Both the position numbers and the translations under genes were made by a program. This document shows, piece by piece, positions 27,504-38,350 of a DNA stretch of 64,000 bases. Every line of letters begins with the position of its first letter. The first letter of the stretch is position 1. The notes under the pieces are model-generated. The model ran no database searches. It was not told where the DNA came from and saw only the letters and a program-made list of their open reading frames with translations. The stretch is from Candidatus Falkowbacteria bacterium RIFOXYD12_FULL_34_57 (GTDB lineage Bacteria > Patescibacteriota > Patescibacteriia > Patescibacteriales > UBA12075): positions 10,200-74,199 of the forward strand of contig MFGN01000005.1 of NCBI GenBank assembly GCA_001780285.1, in the 5' to 3' direction.

Positions 27504-30500
27504 ATGTTTAAAGATAAAATTTTAAATTTTAAGTTTACCCGCCGGATCGGAGGGATTCTGCTTTCTGTGGTTTTAATGATTGTTTTGACCATAGGCGTTT
27601 TTTTATTTTTTAATCAGCCAAAAGCGGCTGAAGCCACTTGGTGGAATGATGCGTGGCAATTCCGCCAATCGATTCAGGTGACGAATAATACCAGTACTGA
27701 AAATAATGTCTATATTTCCGTAACTTTGGACACAGCCACCGCCTCCACCAGCATGCAGGCCGACTGCGGTGATTTTCGTTTCACTCGCGAAAACGGCGAG
27801 GTCTTGCCATACTACATTGTCTCCGGCTGCCGCACGGCGACGAATGTCATCCATATCAATTTCCCGATTTTTGATGCCGGCCAGCAGGCGATTTATTTTT
27901 ACTATGGCAACGCATCAGCCGAGAACGGCTTTGCGGCCAGCGATTTTGCTACCGAAGCCAGCAACTACACGATCGGCGCCATAGGCACTGCCGAAACCGG
28001 TCCCGGCCCGGTCGGCTACTGGAGTTTTGATGAGGGTTACGGAACGGTGGCGCATGATGAATCTGGGCAGGGCAATGACGGTACAATTACCGGGGCAACT
28101 TGGAAAGATGAGAGTGAGTGTGTGGTGGGGGAGTGTTTGGGGTTTGATGGAATAAATGACAAGGTAATGATTTCCGCCACAACTCCAGTTGTGAATACGG
28201 TTGTTTTTTGGGTCAAGGCCACGACTACAACTGCAAGTTTTCTTAAACTAAACGATGTGGCGCGAATATCGGCAAGCAATGGAATTGTCAGCGCATCCGG
28301 CTTTAGTTCCTCGACGATTTATGTCAATGGCACGGTTAAAAGCGATATGACGGCAAATGCTTGGTATATGATCGCGATAACAACCGCTACCGCGATTAAT
28401 GCGACAAGCACGATAATAGGTTTTTCAAACAATCAATATTTTGGCGGCTATATCGACGAAGTAAAAATCTACCCCTACGCCCGCACCGCCGACCAAATCA
28501 AGCAGGATTATGCCGCCGGATTGGCAGGGATGAAGTCCAATACCGGCGTGTCGGCGACATTCGGCTCCGCTTCGGACAAATGGCTCTCGGATGGCTTGGT
28601 GGGGTATTGGAAAATGGATGAAACCGCGACCACGAGCGGGGCAATTGATTCGAGCGGGAATGGGAATGATGGAATATATTATGGAGATGCCAGCACAACC
28701 GCGGGGAAGTTTGGGAATGGGGGAGTGTTTGATGGGTTTGGCGATCATGTTGATTTTTCGCTAAACAACGATATCCGAACAATTTCATTTTGGTTAAAAG
28801 CCGACAATTTAACGAATAATTATTTCTTTTTTTTTCCGTCTTCATTAGATCATGTCGAGATTTCAAACTATCATATAACTACAGGAAATATTAATTCACT
28901 AGTTTATATAGACGGGATAGCCATAACATCAGTGAATGACTATAATTGGCACCATATAGTTATTATTACGGAAACAGCAATAATTGGTAATTCAATGCAT
29001 ATTGGTGATATGCAAGGCCCGCCATATTATATCGGTCAGATCGACGAAGTCCGTATCTATAATCGTGCTTTATCTCCCCGAGAAGTCCGTCATTTATACG
29101 AATGGGCGCCGGGGCCGGTACTTCACTTGAAGATGGATGAGAAGAGCGGGGTAACGGCTCATGATTCTAGTGGGTATGGGAATAATGGAACGCTTATCTA
29201 TATGGCAACTTCCACGAACAGTGGTTGGACTCGCGGGAAATATGGAAGTGCTTTGAATTTTGATGGCGTGGATGATTATGTTAATGCAGACGCCTCTTTG
29301 TATGCCTTTGACGAAAACGACAATTTTACAATATCTGTCTGGGTTAATTTTGATGATATTACAGCTCAAACCGGATTAATTGCTGGTCAAAGTCATAGTT
29401 CTTATAGATTACTACAATCAAATAATCAAATACTTTGGCAATTAGACAGTGGTAATGTTAATTTATATAGCAATAACACTTTTAATACAGGCAAATGGTA
29501 TTATGTTACAGCATTGTATGAAAATAGTAAAACAGTGAGTTTATATATTAATGGCGTTTTGGATAATAGCGTAGTTGATGCCACTCTAGCTTGGACCGGA
29601 TTTTTAACAATGAGAATAGGAAAACCATTTGATGATAATTTTTATTTTAAAGGTATTATTGATGATGTAAAAATCTACAACTACGCCCGTACACAAAAAC
29701 AAATCCTTGAAGACATGTCTGGATCCGCCTCGGGCGGAAATGGCGGCAGGGCGAGTAAATATCCGGTTTTGCATCTTTCTTTTGACGAGGGATATGGCGA
29801 AACCCCGCATGACTCTTCTGTCTATGGGAATGACGGGACGGTTTTTTGTGGGGTTGGAGGAGCTAATACAGCAACCAGCTCTGTATGGAGCAAGAACGGA
29901 AAAATTAATGGAGGAATGGAGTTGGATGGAATAGATGATTATATTGATGCGTCAGATGAAGATTTTTATGATTTTTGGGGTACTGATTCCTTCGCTGTGT
30001 CTGTCTGGGTGAAATATGCCGGCAATGGTGGTTCTAAACCGAATGAAGCTGCGATTATTGAAAAATGGTCCGGAGGATCAGGGGGTTATACCTTTGTTTT
30101 GCGTAATAGGCGTTTTGCCGGTATGCCTGGGCAATTATATTGTAATCGATATGACGGAAGCAATAGTACTCCCGTACGTTCTGAGCAAACTGATTTGAAT
30201 GATAATGAATGGCACCATATTTTATGTGTTCATAATGGAGAAAATAAAACGATGACTATGTATGTTGATGGAGTATTAAGTAGTAGTACGCCATACACTT
30301 CTGCTCTTGGTGACACTACGAATAGTCAACCATGGCACATAGGAAGGCGTGGAGGTACATACAATAATCAATTTGGAGGTCAAGTTGATGAATTAAAAAT
30401 TTGGAATTACGCTTTGAATGAAGACGAAATAAAACAAGAATATAATTCCAGCTCGGCTTTTATAATGGGCGGTATAGATAAATCAGCGAATGATAACGGT

Positions 30501-32498
30501 ACTACTACGACCGGCGCTTCAACAGAATATTGCGTGCCGGGAGATACGAGTAAGTGCAGTCCGCCGGTTTTGGAGTTGAAGATGGATAAGAAGAGTGGGG
30601 ATACGGCTTATGATACTTCGGGTAATGGGAATGATGGGACATTAATGAACATGGCAACATCAACTAATGGTGGACATGTTCAGGGGATAATCGGCAGTGC
30701 TTTGGGGTTTGATGGAGTGGATGATTGGGTTCGGATAGAAGATTTCGACAGTTCAAATTCAATGACTTGGAGTTTTTGGTTAAAACCAAATATTTTGGAT
30801 GGATCAACGGATCTTTTTTCAAAAACCGATTGGGCAACACAAAAAGAATGGAGAATAAATTTGGATGTTGATGAAATAGAGTTGCAAATTTCAAATAATG
30901 GCGCTGGAGACGAAGAACAAGTAACAACAGATTTTAATTTGGAGATAAATAAATGGACTTATGTAGTTGTGCAGTATGATAATGGAGTATTTAATGTTTA
31001 TAAAAATGGTGTTTTAAAAAATGATGATGGCGATTTTATTTCTCAATTATCTATTTATAATGGTACTAGGTATATAGAAATTGGAGAAGGTTTAATGAAT
31101 GATTATAATGGTGTAATTGATGATCTAAAAATCTATAATTATGCCCGCACTCCAGCTCAAGTCGCCTGGGACTATAACAAAGGCAAACCAATTGCGCATT
31201 GGAAGTTTGATGAGTGTGCGGGGTCAGTGATTCATGACGAATTCGGGAACGGCAATCATGGGGCTTTGGTTTTGGGGGCAAGCGGCGTGACAACCACCGG
31301 CACTTGTGCCAGTTCTTCGAATTCATTCTGGTATAACGGACGAAGCGGGAAGAGAAATAGTAGTGGAGATTTTGATGGACTGGATGATTATATTGATGTT
31401 GGTGATATCAGTTTAAATATTAATTCTGTTTCTTTTTGGTTAAAACAGGATTATATGTATCAAAATATTATTGATCTGGATGGCGGTACGCATACAATCG
31501 GTATATATGATAGCAAGATCACTGCTAATGGCTTTTCTTCTCCGACTATTTATATTGACGGAGAGAATAAAGAGACCCTTCCTGATACTGCCTGGCATCA
31601 TGTACTAGTAACCACTGCTACGGCAATTGATGCGAATAATCTGGATGTTGGCCGCATAGCAAGCGGTTATTTTGTCGGACAGCTTGATGAATTAAAATTA
31701 TATAATTATGAATTAACTACCACACAGGTAATCACAGATTTCTCCGGTGGTTCTCTTGGTTTCGGTTATTCCGGAGCTACAAGCGGTTCAACCCTTACAT
31801 TTAACTGGACTTGTGGTGTTCATACTATTCAGGATATTGATGGTAATACTTATCCTACAGTACTATTAGGAACTCAGTGCTGGATGGCAGAGAATTTAAT
31901 GGTAAGCCGAAATGCTGATGGTAGCGCTGTAAACGGCACCGGAAACAGCAACACCACTCCGCCCGCGGCCTACGGCGATACGAACGGCGGGCATGACGGC
32001 GCGGACGCGAATTGGGAAGAAAAAGAAGGATATTTATATAATTGGCAGGACGCTATGAACGGCTCCACGGCAACGAGCGCCCAGGGAATTTGTCCGGACG
32101 GCTGGCATGTTCCATCGAACTTTGAAGTGGTTGATTTGGAGAGGTATATTTGTGAACAAGAAGGCAATGGAAGCTGTGATACCACTTTCCCCAAAGATTA
32201 TTCTACTAATACCGGATGGATTGGAACAAATGAAGGAAGAGAACTTAAATCAATAACAAATGTAAATGGAGCAGCAGAAGCCTCTAATGGGGATGATGGT
32301 TATGGTTTTAGCCTATATTTAACGGGTTTTAAGTCTGGTACTTCTTTTCTTCAGCGCGGTACAGGAGCATATATTTGGACATCAAACAGTTTAAGTCCTA
32401 ATGCCTGGGTTCATGCTTTTTGGTATGCTGAAAATAGAATTGCTCGTTATCTTACTGATAAAGGAAATGGGATGTCTGTGCGTTGTGTTAAGGATTAG
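27504..32498 (+). CDS. DUF2341/LamG-repeat surface protein with a C-terminal Fibrobacter-succinogenes-major-paralogous (TIGR02145-type) lectin-like domain; not DGR-diversified
   Basis: Signal/TM, then WWNDAWQFRQSIQVTN...DCGDFRFT (DUF2341-like). Multiple LamG/concanavalin-like modules each end in DE[VL][KR]IYN[RY]AL. C-terminal DIDGNTYPTVLLGTQCWMAENL...MSVRCVKD. The 3-prime end has no nucleotide-level match to the TR. Confidence 0.85.
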   Translation: MFKDKILNFKFTRRIGGILLSVVLMIVLTIGVFLFFNQPKAAEATWWNDAWQFRQSIQVTNNTSTENNVYISVTLDTATASTSMQADCGDFRFTRENGEVLPYYIVSGCRTATNVIHINFPIFDAGQQAIYFYYGNASAENGFAASDFATEASNYTIGAIGTAETGPGPVGYWSFDEGYGTVAHDESGQGNDGTITGATWKDESECVVGECLGFDGINDKVMISATTPVVNTVVFWVKATTTTASFLKLNDVARISASNGIVSASGFSSSTIYVNGTVKSDMTANAWYMIAITTATAINATSTIIGFSNNQYFGGYIDEVKIYPYARTADQIKQDYAAGLAGMKSNTGVSATFGSASDKWLSDGLVGYWKMDETATTSGAIDSSGNGNDGIYYGDASTTAGKFGNGGVFDGFGDHVDFSLNNDIRTISFWLKADNLTNNYFFFFPSSLDHVEISNYHITTGNINSLVYIDGIAITSVNDYNWHHIVIITETAIIGNSMHIGDMQGPPYYIGQIDEVRIYNRALSPREVRHLYEWAPGPVLHLKMDEKSGVTAHDSSGYGNNGTLIYMATSTNSGWTRGKYGSALNFDGVDDYVNADASLYAFDENDNFTISVWVNFDDITAQTGLIAGQSHSSYRLLQSNNQILWQLDSGNVNLYSNNTFNTGKWYYVTALYENSKTVSLYINGVLDNSVVDATLAWTGFLTMRIGKPFDDNFYFKGIIDDVKIYNYARTQKQILEDMSGSASGGNGGRASKYPVLHLSFDEGYGETPHDSSVYGNDGTVFCGVGGANTATSSVWSKNGKINGGMELDGIDDYIDASDEDFYDFWGTDSFAVSVWVKYAGNGGSKPNEAAIIEKWSGGSGGYTFVLRNRRFAGMPGQLYCNRYDGSNSTPVRSEQTDLNDNEWHHILCVHNGENKTMTMYVDGVLSSSTPYTSALGDTTNSQPWHIGRRGGTYNNQFGGQVDELKIWNYALNEDEIKQEYNSSSAFIMGGIDKSANDNGTTTTGASTEYCVPGDTSKCSPPVLELKMDKKSGDTAYDTSGNGNDGTLMNMATSTNGGHVQGIIGSALGFDGVDDWVRIEDFDSSNSMTWSFWLKPNILDGSTDLFSKTDWATQKEWRINLDVDEIELQISNNGAGDEEQVTTDFNLEINKWTYVVVQYDNGVFNVYKNGVLKNDDGDFISQLSIYNGTRYIEIGEGLMNDYNGVIDDLKIYNYARTPAQVAWDYNKGKPIAHWKFDECAGSVIHDEFGNGNHGALVLGASGVTTTGTCASSSNSFWYNGRSGKRNSSGDFDGLDDYIDVGDISLNINSVSFWLKQDYMYQNIIDLDGGTHTIGIYDSKITANGFSSPTIYIDGENKETLPDTAWHHVLVTTATAIDANNLDVGRIASGYFVGQLDELKLYNYELTTTQVITDFSGGSLGFGYSGATSGSTLTFNWTCGVHTIQDIDGNTYPTVLLGTQCWMAENLMVSRNADGSAVNGTGNSNTTPPAAYGDTNGGHDGADANWEEKEGYLYNWQDAMNGSTATSAQGICPDGWHVPSNFEVVDLERYICEQEGNGSCDTTFPKDYSTNTGWIGTNEGRELKSITNVNGAAEASNGDDGYGFSLYLTGFKSGTSFLQRGTGAYIWTSNSLSPNAWVHAFWYAENRIARYLTDKGNGMSVRCVKD

Positions 32499-32630
32499 TG
32501 AGATGACAAGTTTTAGTGGCATCTTATTTTGGATTGGTTAATCTTGGTTTGGTCTGATAAAGATATAAATAATTTATAATTTATAAACAACCTGTAATTT
32601 TAAATTTTTTGACTAAGAAAAAAGGTAAAG

Positions 32631-35600
32631 ATGTTAAAAAAGGAAGTGCCCGATAGGAGGGATGTTTATAATCAAAATATGAAAAACATTAAACCAAAAA
32701 TAAAAATTATTATAATAGTATTCGCAGTACTTGTTTTTAGTATTGGTTTTTTTCTATATAATAATAAACCAGAAATCGCCGAGGCTATCTGGTGGAACGA
32801 TTCATGGCAGTATCGCCAATCGATTCAGGTGACGAATAATACCAGTACTGAAAATAATGTCTATATTTCCGTAACTTTGGACACAGCCACCGCCTCCACC
32901 AGCATGCAGGCCGACTGCGGTGATTTTCGTTTCACTCGCGAAAACGGCGAGGTCTTGCCATACTACATTGTCTCCGGCTGCCGCACGGCGACGAATGTCA
33001 TCCATATCAATTTCCCGATTTTTGATGCCGGCCAGCAGGCGATTTATTTTTACTATGGCAACGCATCAGCCGAGAACGGTTTTGCGGCCAGCGATTTTGC
33101 TACCGAAGCCAGCAACTACACGATCGGCGCCATAGGCACTGCCGAAACCGGTCCCGGCCCGGTCGGCTACTGGAGTTTTGATGAGGGTTACGGAACGGTG
33201 GCGCATGATGAGAGTGCTAATAAAATTGACGGAATAATAACTGATGCTACATGGAAAAATGAAGAAGAATGTGTAAGTGGGAAATGTTTGCATTTTGATG
33301 GTAGTGATTATGTCTCGGTGCAAGATGATATGTTAACAACACTTGATAAGGGAACTATTATAGCCTGGGTAAAAATTAATACATTAGGCAGTTATAAAAA
33401 AATATTTAGACATACGTATTCTGGAGCACCACCAGAGTTTGCGGGTTATTTAGATTTTGAAATATATCAGGATACAAATTATTATTTGTCTGTTGGTTAT
33501 AATCAAGCAGGAATGAGTGGTTTTGGTAGCCATATTAGAGGAACTACTCAATTAGAAGAAAATAAATTTTATCATGTAGCCCTTGTTTCAAATGGTAGTT
33601 CTTGGATTATTTATTTAAACGGAAATGAAGAGAATCTGGTGGTAAATAATGGCACTAATAGTGGTAATTGGATAAGTGATGTTAATCATACTAATCATCA
33701 AACACTAATTGGTAACTTATTGGATGGCAACATTGATGAAGTAAAAATATACCCCTACGCTCGCACCGCCGACCAAATCAAACAAGATTATGCTGCCGGT
33801 TTTGCGGGTGTAAAATCAAATTCTGGTGTGGCAGTTTCTTTTGGTTCTCAGAGCGATAAGTGGATGAGTGATGGCTTGGTGGGGTATTGGAAAATGGATG
33901 AAACCGCGACAACCAGCGGTGCGATCGATTCGAGCGGGAATGGGAATAACGGGACATATTATGGAGATGCCAGTACAACCGCGGGGAAGTTTGGGAATGG
34001 GTTTATCGGGGATGGAGCAGGGGATTATATTGATTTGCCGAACGGCGATACGTATTTGAATGAAACAGTCGGTACAATCGCTATGTGGTATAAAGCCAAC
34101 GGTGCGGACAGTAGTGATAGATTTTATGAATATAATAATGGCGGATGCGATGTTGTTTCCATTAATTTCGTTACAAACACCACCCTAAGATTTTCTTATA
34201 ACATCGATTGTTCTGGGTCAGTGGCTGGCGATTTGACAGTCAGTAATATAACAACTGATACGAATTGGCATTTTATTACTTATTCTTGGGATGTTTTAAA
34301 GCAAAAAATGATTCTAAGCTACGATGGAACAGTTTATGAGTATAATAAAACTTTTGGCTCGGGAACATTCAGTAGCGCTAATTCAATAATAAGCGGTACG
34401 GTATCCGGCGGACAAGGGTTTAAAGGCCAGCTCGACGAAGTCCGCATCTACAACCGCGCCCTCTCGCCGTCAGAAGTCAAAAAGCTCTACGAATGGGCGC
34501 CCGGGCCGGTATTACATTTGAAGATGGATGAAATGAATGGAACGAGTACTTATGATGTTAGTGGATATGGGAATGATGGGGTATTTGTAAGCGCGGCCAG
34601 TTCCCCTTCTTGGATAGGTGGGCGATATGGTAATGGATTAGATTTTGATGGAGTTAATGATTATGTTCAAGTTGCTAGTGATGATCATAAAAGTGAAATT
34701 TTTACAGTCGAGGCTTGGATATATCATGATACTTATACTCAATCAGGAGATGCGGTTTTTGGTTGTTCTTCCTGGAGTACAAATTTTACCAAGGGATTTG
34801 TGTTGCGTTTTTGGGGAAGCAATACTACTCTTGCGGCAATTATCGGAGAAACATCAGCGCAAACTTCCATAAGCACTACGGTTTCATTGAATACTTGGAC
34901 ACATGTCGTTATGAGCTATGACGGTACGACCCTTAAGTTGTATAAAAACGGTATATTAGCAAACTCACTAACAGGAAATTATTCTATACCTACTAATGAT
35001 TTACGTATTGGACGTGATTACACAAATGCTGCAGATATATATTTTCATGGAAAAATCGACGATGTTCGTATATACAATTACGCCCGCACGCAAAAACAAA
35101 TCCTGGAAGACATGAATGGCGGAGGGCCGGCGCGGAAATCTCCTGTCCTGCATCTTTCATTCGATGAAGGTTATGGAACGGTCGTGCATGATTCCAGTAT
35201 ATATGGCAATAACGGTACTCCATATCCTGGTACAGCCGGAACGCAGACTGCGACCAGTTCGATGTGGGAAAAAGGCGGGAAATTAAACGGGGCGATGGAG
35301 TTTGACGGGACGGATGATTATGTTGATTTGGGTGATATATATTTTTCCGGAAATCAAATATCAATAAGTATGTGGTTTAAAGCAACTAGCATAGATGCTT
35401 TAGATAAGCTTTTGGCGAAAAGAAACGCACTTTTATATGAATATCTTCTTGGTTTTTCACCCAATGGAACTCTTAGATTTTGGGTTGGCTTTAATGGTAT
35501 TGAAATAGAAACAAAAAAAATTATTAGTACTGGCGAGTGGTATCACGTACTTGGAACAGCTGACGGTTTAAATGCTGCTTTATATATTAATGGTGAATTA

Positions 35601-37817
35601 GCAGGTACAGCTAGTAACGCTTATACAATTACTGATTCGGGTTATAATACAACAATTGGAGCAAGAGACGATAATACTTTAAATTTTAATGGTAAAATAG
35701 ATGAAGTGAAAATCTGGAATTATGCTTTAAATGAATATGAGATCAAATCAGAATATAATTTCGGAGTAGCTGCTGGATTCGGCAATGATGCCAGCCGCGA
35801 CAGCAACGGGACTACTACGACCGGAGCGAGCAAGGAGTATTGCGTGCCGGGTGATACCGCCACCTGCACTCCGCCGACAATTGAGCTTAAAATGGATGAG
35901 ATGGTCAAGGGTGATGCAAAAACTATTTATGATATATCGGGTAATGGAAATAACGGCACAACGGTTGATGGTGCGAATAATACCGGTATGGACTGCACAA
36001 AGCCTGGGAAATACGGAACAGCTTGCGAATTTGACGGGGTGGATGATTATGTTGGTGTTGATAGTCCAATAATAAGCACCACAGAATCTTATACTATTTC
36101 TACATGGTTTAAAACAAATTCTTCTAACCCTGGTTATTTATACAGTGAAACAAATAGCGGATCTGGAGACTTTCGAGTGGGCATTGTTATTTCTGATTTA
36201 GCTCCAGGAACAATAAGTTTCTTATCTATGGAATCAGGTGGCAGTGACAATTTGTTTTATTTTGGGAACTATAATGATAATAAGTGGCATTATGTAGTAG
36301 CAAGAAAGTATTATGATGGTTATATGGATATTTTAGTTGATGGAATAGTGGTAACTACCGGAGGAGGAAATGCTACTTCTTCAAATATTGCAGTAGATCA
36401 GGCATTTGTTGGTGCTGATTATTTTAACAGTTCTATGCAAAAACATTTTGATGGTCAAATAGATGATTTAAAAATCTACAACTACGCCCGCACCCCGGCT
36501 CAAATCGCCTGGGACTACAATCGGGGCAAGCCGGTGGCGCATTATAAATTTGATGAGTGCTCGGGGTCCACTATTCATAATTATGCGGATAATTCTCTTC
36601 ATGGCACATTGAATTTAGGGACTAGTTTAGTAACCGCTACCGGAACATGCGCCAGCTCTTCAAATTCATTCTGGTCATGGGGTGACGGCGGCAAACATAA
36701 ACACGCTGCAATGTTTGACGGGCGGGATGATTATATTGATATTGGGGATACTAATACGAATATCAATACTGTATCATTCTGGTGGACAGGGAATATTGCC
36801 TATTCTTATCCTGTTGCAATTTTGCAGCAGGAATCCCATGTTATTAGCATTAGTAACGGAAAAGTTAGTGCCGGTAATTTTAGCTCGCCAACTTATTATA
36901 TAGATGGAACAGAAGGATTAACATTACCGGATAATAATTGGCACCATGTCGTAATTACCACTAATACAGCAATTGATGTATCCGGTTTAGGAATAGGAGG
37001 AGATGGTCTGGTATTTATGAATGGCTTTATTGATGATTTTAAAATGTATAATTATGCTTTGACTGCGGAGCAGGTGAAGATGGATTATAACGGAGGAGGT
37101 ATTAGTATGGGGACTAATAATGGTTGGACTTGTGGGTCAGATAAATTAACTGATATTGACGGCAATAGCTATGAGACTGTACTCATCGGAGATCAATGCT
37201 GGATGGCGCAGAATTTGATGGTGAGTCGGAATGCCGACGGTTCAGCCGTCAATGGTACAGGCGACGCCGACACCACCCCGCCGGCAGCTTACGGCGATGC
37301 AGATGGCGGGCACGATGATGCCAATGCGAATTGGGAACCAAAAGAGGGATACCTATACAACTGGCAAGATGCCATGAACGGCGCAACCGCTTCCGGTTCA
37401 CAAGGAATTTGTCCGGACGGTTGGCACATACCTAATCATTTTGAATGGACTGATTTGGAGAGGTTTGTTTGTGAGATAGAAGGGAATGGGTCATGCGATA
37501 CTACTTTCCCGAAGAATTTTAGTACTACTGGGTATCGGGGAACGAATGAGGGGACTGAACTCAAAGCAATTAATAATGTGAATGGAATCGGGACAGATCC
37601 GAATGGGGATGATGGGTATGGTTATGCAGGTCTTCTCTCCGGCTACCATCTTATCAATGGGTCGTTCTACAATCGTGGCGCGTACGGCTACTTTTGGTCG
37701 TCATCTGAGAATGGTTCTAATGCTTGGTATCGCAATCTGAATTCGTCTGATGCTGGTGTCAATCGCAATAATGCGGTCAAGGGCTACGGTTTATCGGTGC
37801 GATGCCTCAAGGATTGA
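32631..37817 (+). CDS. DUF2341/LamG-repeat surface protein, DGR target 1 (variable protein)
   Basis: Same architecture as the 27504 gene. C-terminal DIDGNSYETVLIGDQCWMAQNL...LSVRCLKD. The last 188 nt before the stop are VR1. The true start may be the internal ATG at 32679 (MKNIKPK...). Confidence 0.85.
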   Translation: MLKKEVPDRRDVYNQNMKNIKPKIKIIIIVFAVLVFSIGFFLYNNKPEIAEAIWWNDSWQYRQSIQVTNNTSTENNVYISVTLDTATASTSMQADCGDFRFTRENGEVLPYYIVSGCRTATNVIHINFPIFDAGQQAIYFYYGNASAENGFAASDFATEASNYTIGAIGTAETGPGPVGYWSFDEGYGTVAHDESANKIDGIITDATWKNEEECVSGKCLHFDGSDYVSVQDDMLTTLDKGTIIAWVKINTLGSYKKIFRHTYSGAPPEFAGYLDFEIYQDTNYYLSVGYNQAGMSGFGSHIRGTTQLEENKFYHVALVSNGSSWIIYLNGNEENLVVNNGTNSGNWISDVNHTNHQTLIGNLLDGNIDEVKIYPYARTADQIKQDYAAGFAGVKSNSGVAVSFGSQSDKWMSDGLVGYWKMDETATTSGAIDSSGNGNNGTYYGDASTTAGKFGNGFIGDGAGDYIDLPNGDTYLNETVGTIAMWYKANGADSSDRFYEYNNGGCDVVSINFVTNTTLRFSYNIDCSGSVAGDLTVSNITTDTNWHFITYSWDVLKQKMILSYDGTVYEYNKTFGSGTFSSANSIISGTVSGGQGFKGQLDEVRIYNRALSPSEVKKLYEWAPGPVLHLKMDEMNGTSTYDVSGYGNDGVFVSAASSPSWIGGRYGNGLDFDGVNDYVQVASDDHKSEIFTVEAWIYHDTYTQSGDAVFGCSSWSTNFTKGFVLRFWGSNTTLAAIIGETSAQTSISTTVSLNTWTHVVMSYDGTTLKLYKNGILANSLTGNYSIPTNDLRIGRDYTNAADIYFHGKIDDVRIYNYARTQKQILEDMNGGGPARKSPVLHLSFDEGYGTVVHDSSIYGNNGTPYPGTAGTQTATSSMWEKGGKLNGAMEFDGTDDYVDLGDIYFSGNQISISMWFKATSIDALDKLLAKRNALLYEYLLGFSPNGTLRFWVGFNGIEIETKKIISTGEWYHVLGTADGLNAALYINGELAGTASNAYTITDSGYNTTIGARDDNTLNFNGKIDEVKIWNYALNEYEIKSEYNFGVAAGFGNDASRDSNGTTTTGASKEYCVPGDTATCTPPTIELKMDEMVKGDAKTIYDISGNGNNGTTVDGANNTGMDCTKPGKYGTACEFDGVDDYVGVDSPIISTTESYTISTWFKTNSSNPGYLYSETNSGSGDFRVGIVISDLAPGTISFLSMESGGSDNLFYFGNYNDNKWHYVVARKYYDGYMDILVDGIVVTTGGGNATSSNIAVDQAFVGADYFNSSMQKHFDGQIDDLKIYNYARTPAQIAWDYNRGKPVAHYKFDECSGSTIHNYADNSLHGTLNLGTSLVTATGTCASSSNSFWSWGDGGKHKHAAMFDGRDDYIDIGDTNTNINTVSFWWTGNIAYSYPVAILQQESHVISISNGKVSAGNFSSPTYYIDGTEGLTLPDNNWHHVVITTNTAIDVSGLGIGGDGLVFMNGFIDDFKMYNYALTAEQVKMDYNGGGISMGTNNGWTCGSDKLTDIDGNSYETVLIGDQCWMAQNLMVSRNADGSAVNGTGDADTTPPAAYGDADGGHDDANANWEPKEGYLYNWQDAMNGATASGSQGICPDGWHIPNHFEWTDLERFVCEIEGNGSCDTTFPKNFSTTGYRGTNEGTELKAINNVNGIGTDPNGDDGYGYAGLLSGYHLINGSFYNRGAYGYFWSSSENGSNAWYRNLNSSDAGVNRNNAVKGYGLSVRCLKD
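37626..37813 (+). repeat. DGR variable repeat 1 (VR1)
   Basis: Gap-free 188-nt alignment with the TR (38351-38538). 10 mismatches, all at TR adenines. Confidence 0.95.
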
Positions 37818-37848
37818 TTCGATTATTTAATAATTTTATTATTTTTTT

Positions 37849-38190
37849 ATGGCAAGATATGATCATTTACCGGTATACAAGGTAAGTTATGAGTTATTAA
37901 TTTTGATATTTCAAATAACAAAAGATTTTTCGCGAGAATACAAATATACGATTGGGCAGGAGTTAAAAAAAGAAGCAACTCTAATGATTACAAATATATA
38001 TCGTGCAAATTCACGAATTGATAAAAAAGAATTAATACAAAAAGCCGGGGAAAATATTGAAGTAATACGTTTGTATTTTCGCCTGCTTAAGGATTTGGAG
38101 CAAATCGGTGTTAAAAAATTGATTTTAGCTAATGAAAGAATAGAATCTATATCAAAACAACTAGGAGCTTGGGCAAGAGCTTTTTCATAA
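37849..38190 (+). CDS. avd: DGR accessory variability determinant (Avd), four-helix-bundle protein
   Basis: 113 aa, located between VR1 and TR. MARYDHLPVYKVSYELLILIFQITKDFSREYKYTIGQELKKEA fits the four-helix-bundle / 23S rRNA-IVS protein family (PF05635) to which Avd belongs. Confidence 0.8.
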   Translation: MARYDHLPVYKVSYELLILIFQITKDFSREYKYTIGQELKKEATLMITNIYRANSRIDKKELIQKAGENIEVIRLYFRLLKDLEQIGVKKLILANERIESISKQLGAWARAFS

Positions 38191-38350
38191 TAAAATAAAC
38201 GGTCAGAATTGTGCTTTTGTATTTTTATGCAAGCACGAGTGAGCCGAAATCAATCCAATGATATGCCGAATTTTGGCAATATCCGGCTGATCGCCGGCTT
38301 TGTGCTTTGGAAAATTCTTGAGTATGAAGAATAAAACGATCATTAAAGCA

